From positions 12,338,001-12,402,000 of the forward strand of contig NC_058368.1 in NCBI RefSeq assembly GCF_018350175.1: 64,000 nucleotides of DNA, given 5' to 3'. A model generated the notes under the pieces. The model was not told the origin of the DNA and searched no databases. It was given only the letters and a program-made list of their open reading frames with translations. Source of the stretch: Felis catus. Lineage: Eukaryota. A program made the translations under genes and the position numbers. This document shows positions 62,255 through 64,000 of this stretch, piece after piece; position 1 is the stretch's first letter, and the number at the start of each line of letters is the position of its first letter.

Positions 62255-64000
62255 CACCTTCCTGAATTTTGACCACTGCTGCTCAAAGAATGTATTCACT
62301 GGGGAACTTGGGTGTTGTAGGATTAGCTCAGTTGGAGGTTACATCTGCAGCAGTCAAGGAAGGGATCTGCCATTGGACATGGTGAGGAGCGTAAGGTCAC
62401 ACATTTCACCAGTGGTATCTAGAGGTCTGTCTTACACATAGGAGTTGCAGTGATTTCTTTCATGCCACTTATGTGAAGAGAGCTAAATATGTAGGAAAGG
62501 GAGACTTGGATTTACATATAAGACAAGAACATTAAGTATGAGCCTTAAAAAGAGAGCACTCCCTTGAAAAGCCATGAACCTTCAGGAGCCAATTATTGGA
62601 TCCAGAGCAGCCCATCCTAGAGAATAAACTGGCATTGACTCAGAGGTTGGGCAGTGACCTCTAGATTTTGCTTATTGGGAGAGGTCATGAGAGTAAGTAT
62701 GACCATAAGCTGCCAAGAAAAGGGACTTTGCCTAACTCACCACGACCTTTTCCCCATCTTGATCTACACAGAGAGCTATCTCGATGAAGAAAGAGAAAAG
62801 TGACCTGGACTTGAGGGAAATGGCGAAAGGTACCTTCTCAGCACGGGTCCTGAGACTAGGGTGTGTTGAGAAAATAGCAGAGTGTGTGCACGGGTGTTCA
62901 AGACCATGCCTGATAATTCGGTATCATTTGCACAATATTTGAGTAAGCCAATTCTCCAACATGGTTCTTCCCCTGAAGCACATAAACTCTATCTCCTGGA
63001 GACTCTTTAGTCACCTCATTTAATTGGGATTTAACCTGCGGCTAGATTCAGAATGTGAACTACAATTCAGGCGGAGAAGTAAAACTTTATATTAATAGCT
63101 CTTTTGAAATACGGTATGAGTATTTTTTGTTCAATACCAGTGGGGCACCTGCCTCAGGCAAATATGTGCAATTTCATACTTCATAAAATATTTAAACATC
63201 TTTAAATTACTTCCGGAAGAATTCACATGTGAAACTCCCTTTCTTGATAAAATAATGACTGGCTGCTCAAGAATTTGGTATAAACAAGAACAGGTGTCCT
63301 ATAGGGATATTTGCTTATTGGGTTTCTCTACAAATTAATCCTGTGGTCTCAAACTATTTTAGCCAATTGGCCCAATTTAACTAGTGGTTTGGTTTATTCA
63401 CATTTCTAAAATTAGGTTCTAAGTTATATTTGTATTTGGGTACATAGTACTCTCTCAGAAAAGCCTTTTTTTCTGAAATATAAAGTAATTCAAGCTAATT
63501 GGTAATGTCTACAGGTTTAAAATTCAAATCCCCTTACCACACCATATTAAATTCATTTAATATTAGTATTTGATTTTACTTACTCCTTACCAATAAATTT
63601 TTAAAGGGGTTATTCCTGAAGCAGAAGCAAATACGTACAGTTCCATCGGGTAATTTAACTACAATCCAGTGAAACTTCTACTGTAAAGTGATCCAAACTT
63701 TACCTACTAAGACTTACTGGGAACACAAATTATTGGGTAGATGCCTCCAAGTAGAAGGACAATCTCTAGTAGAAGATACAGTAATAAATTCAAATTAATG
63801 GATTCTTAGAATAAGTGGGAAAAAATGCAAGAAGAGATAAATCAGCAATTGGAAATATTAAAATTTTATAAGGCATATACATATTTTGTCATTCTGAAAA
63901 GTTATGGAACTAAATCCTATATTTATCATTTCTTTATCACCACAGTTAAAATCCTCATCCCTCGGGATATTTTGGGGGGCGGTCACTGTAACAAAGCAGC

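Overview
This is non-coding, repeat-rich mammalian DNA from a felid, intronic or intergenic. It carries twelve Feliformia-type CAN-SINEs, one of them the young cat-type subfamily. I found no protein-coding exon, RNA gene, endogenous virus or CRISPR-like locus that I can recognise; the ORF track reflects chance ORFs, L1/CR1 fossils, SINEs and microsatellites. The main structure is an apparently full-length antisense LINE-1 (46323-57036) with an intact YY1-bearing 5' end and a degenerate target-site duplication (TSD). It contains a multi-monomer 5'UTR, a near-perfect 5x52-bp VNTR, two SINEs, a Tigger2 MITE and a younger nested L1, and a twin-primed inverted L1 follows it directly. Other observations include several nested insertions, an inverted pair of L1MB 3' ends, a CR1/L3 fossil with a readable protein motif, an old ~140-bp direct duplication in unique DNA, and speculative regulatory motifs and exons. 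I did not find a convincing previously undescribed biological system. Repeat family names come from recalled consensus sequences and need RepeatMasker/Dfam confirmation; boundaries of old repeats are approximate.
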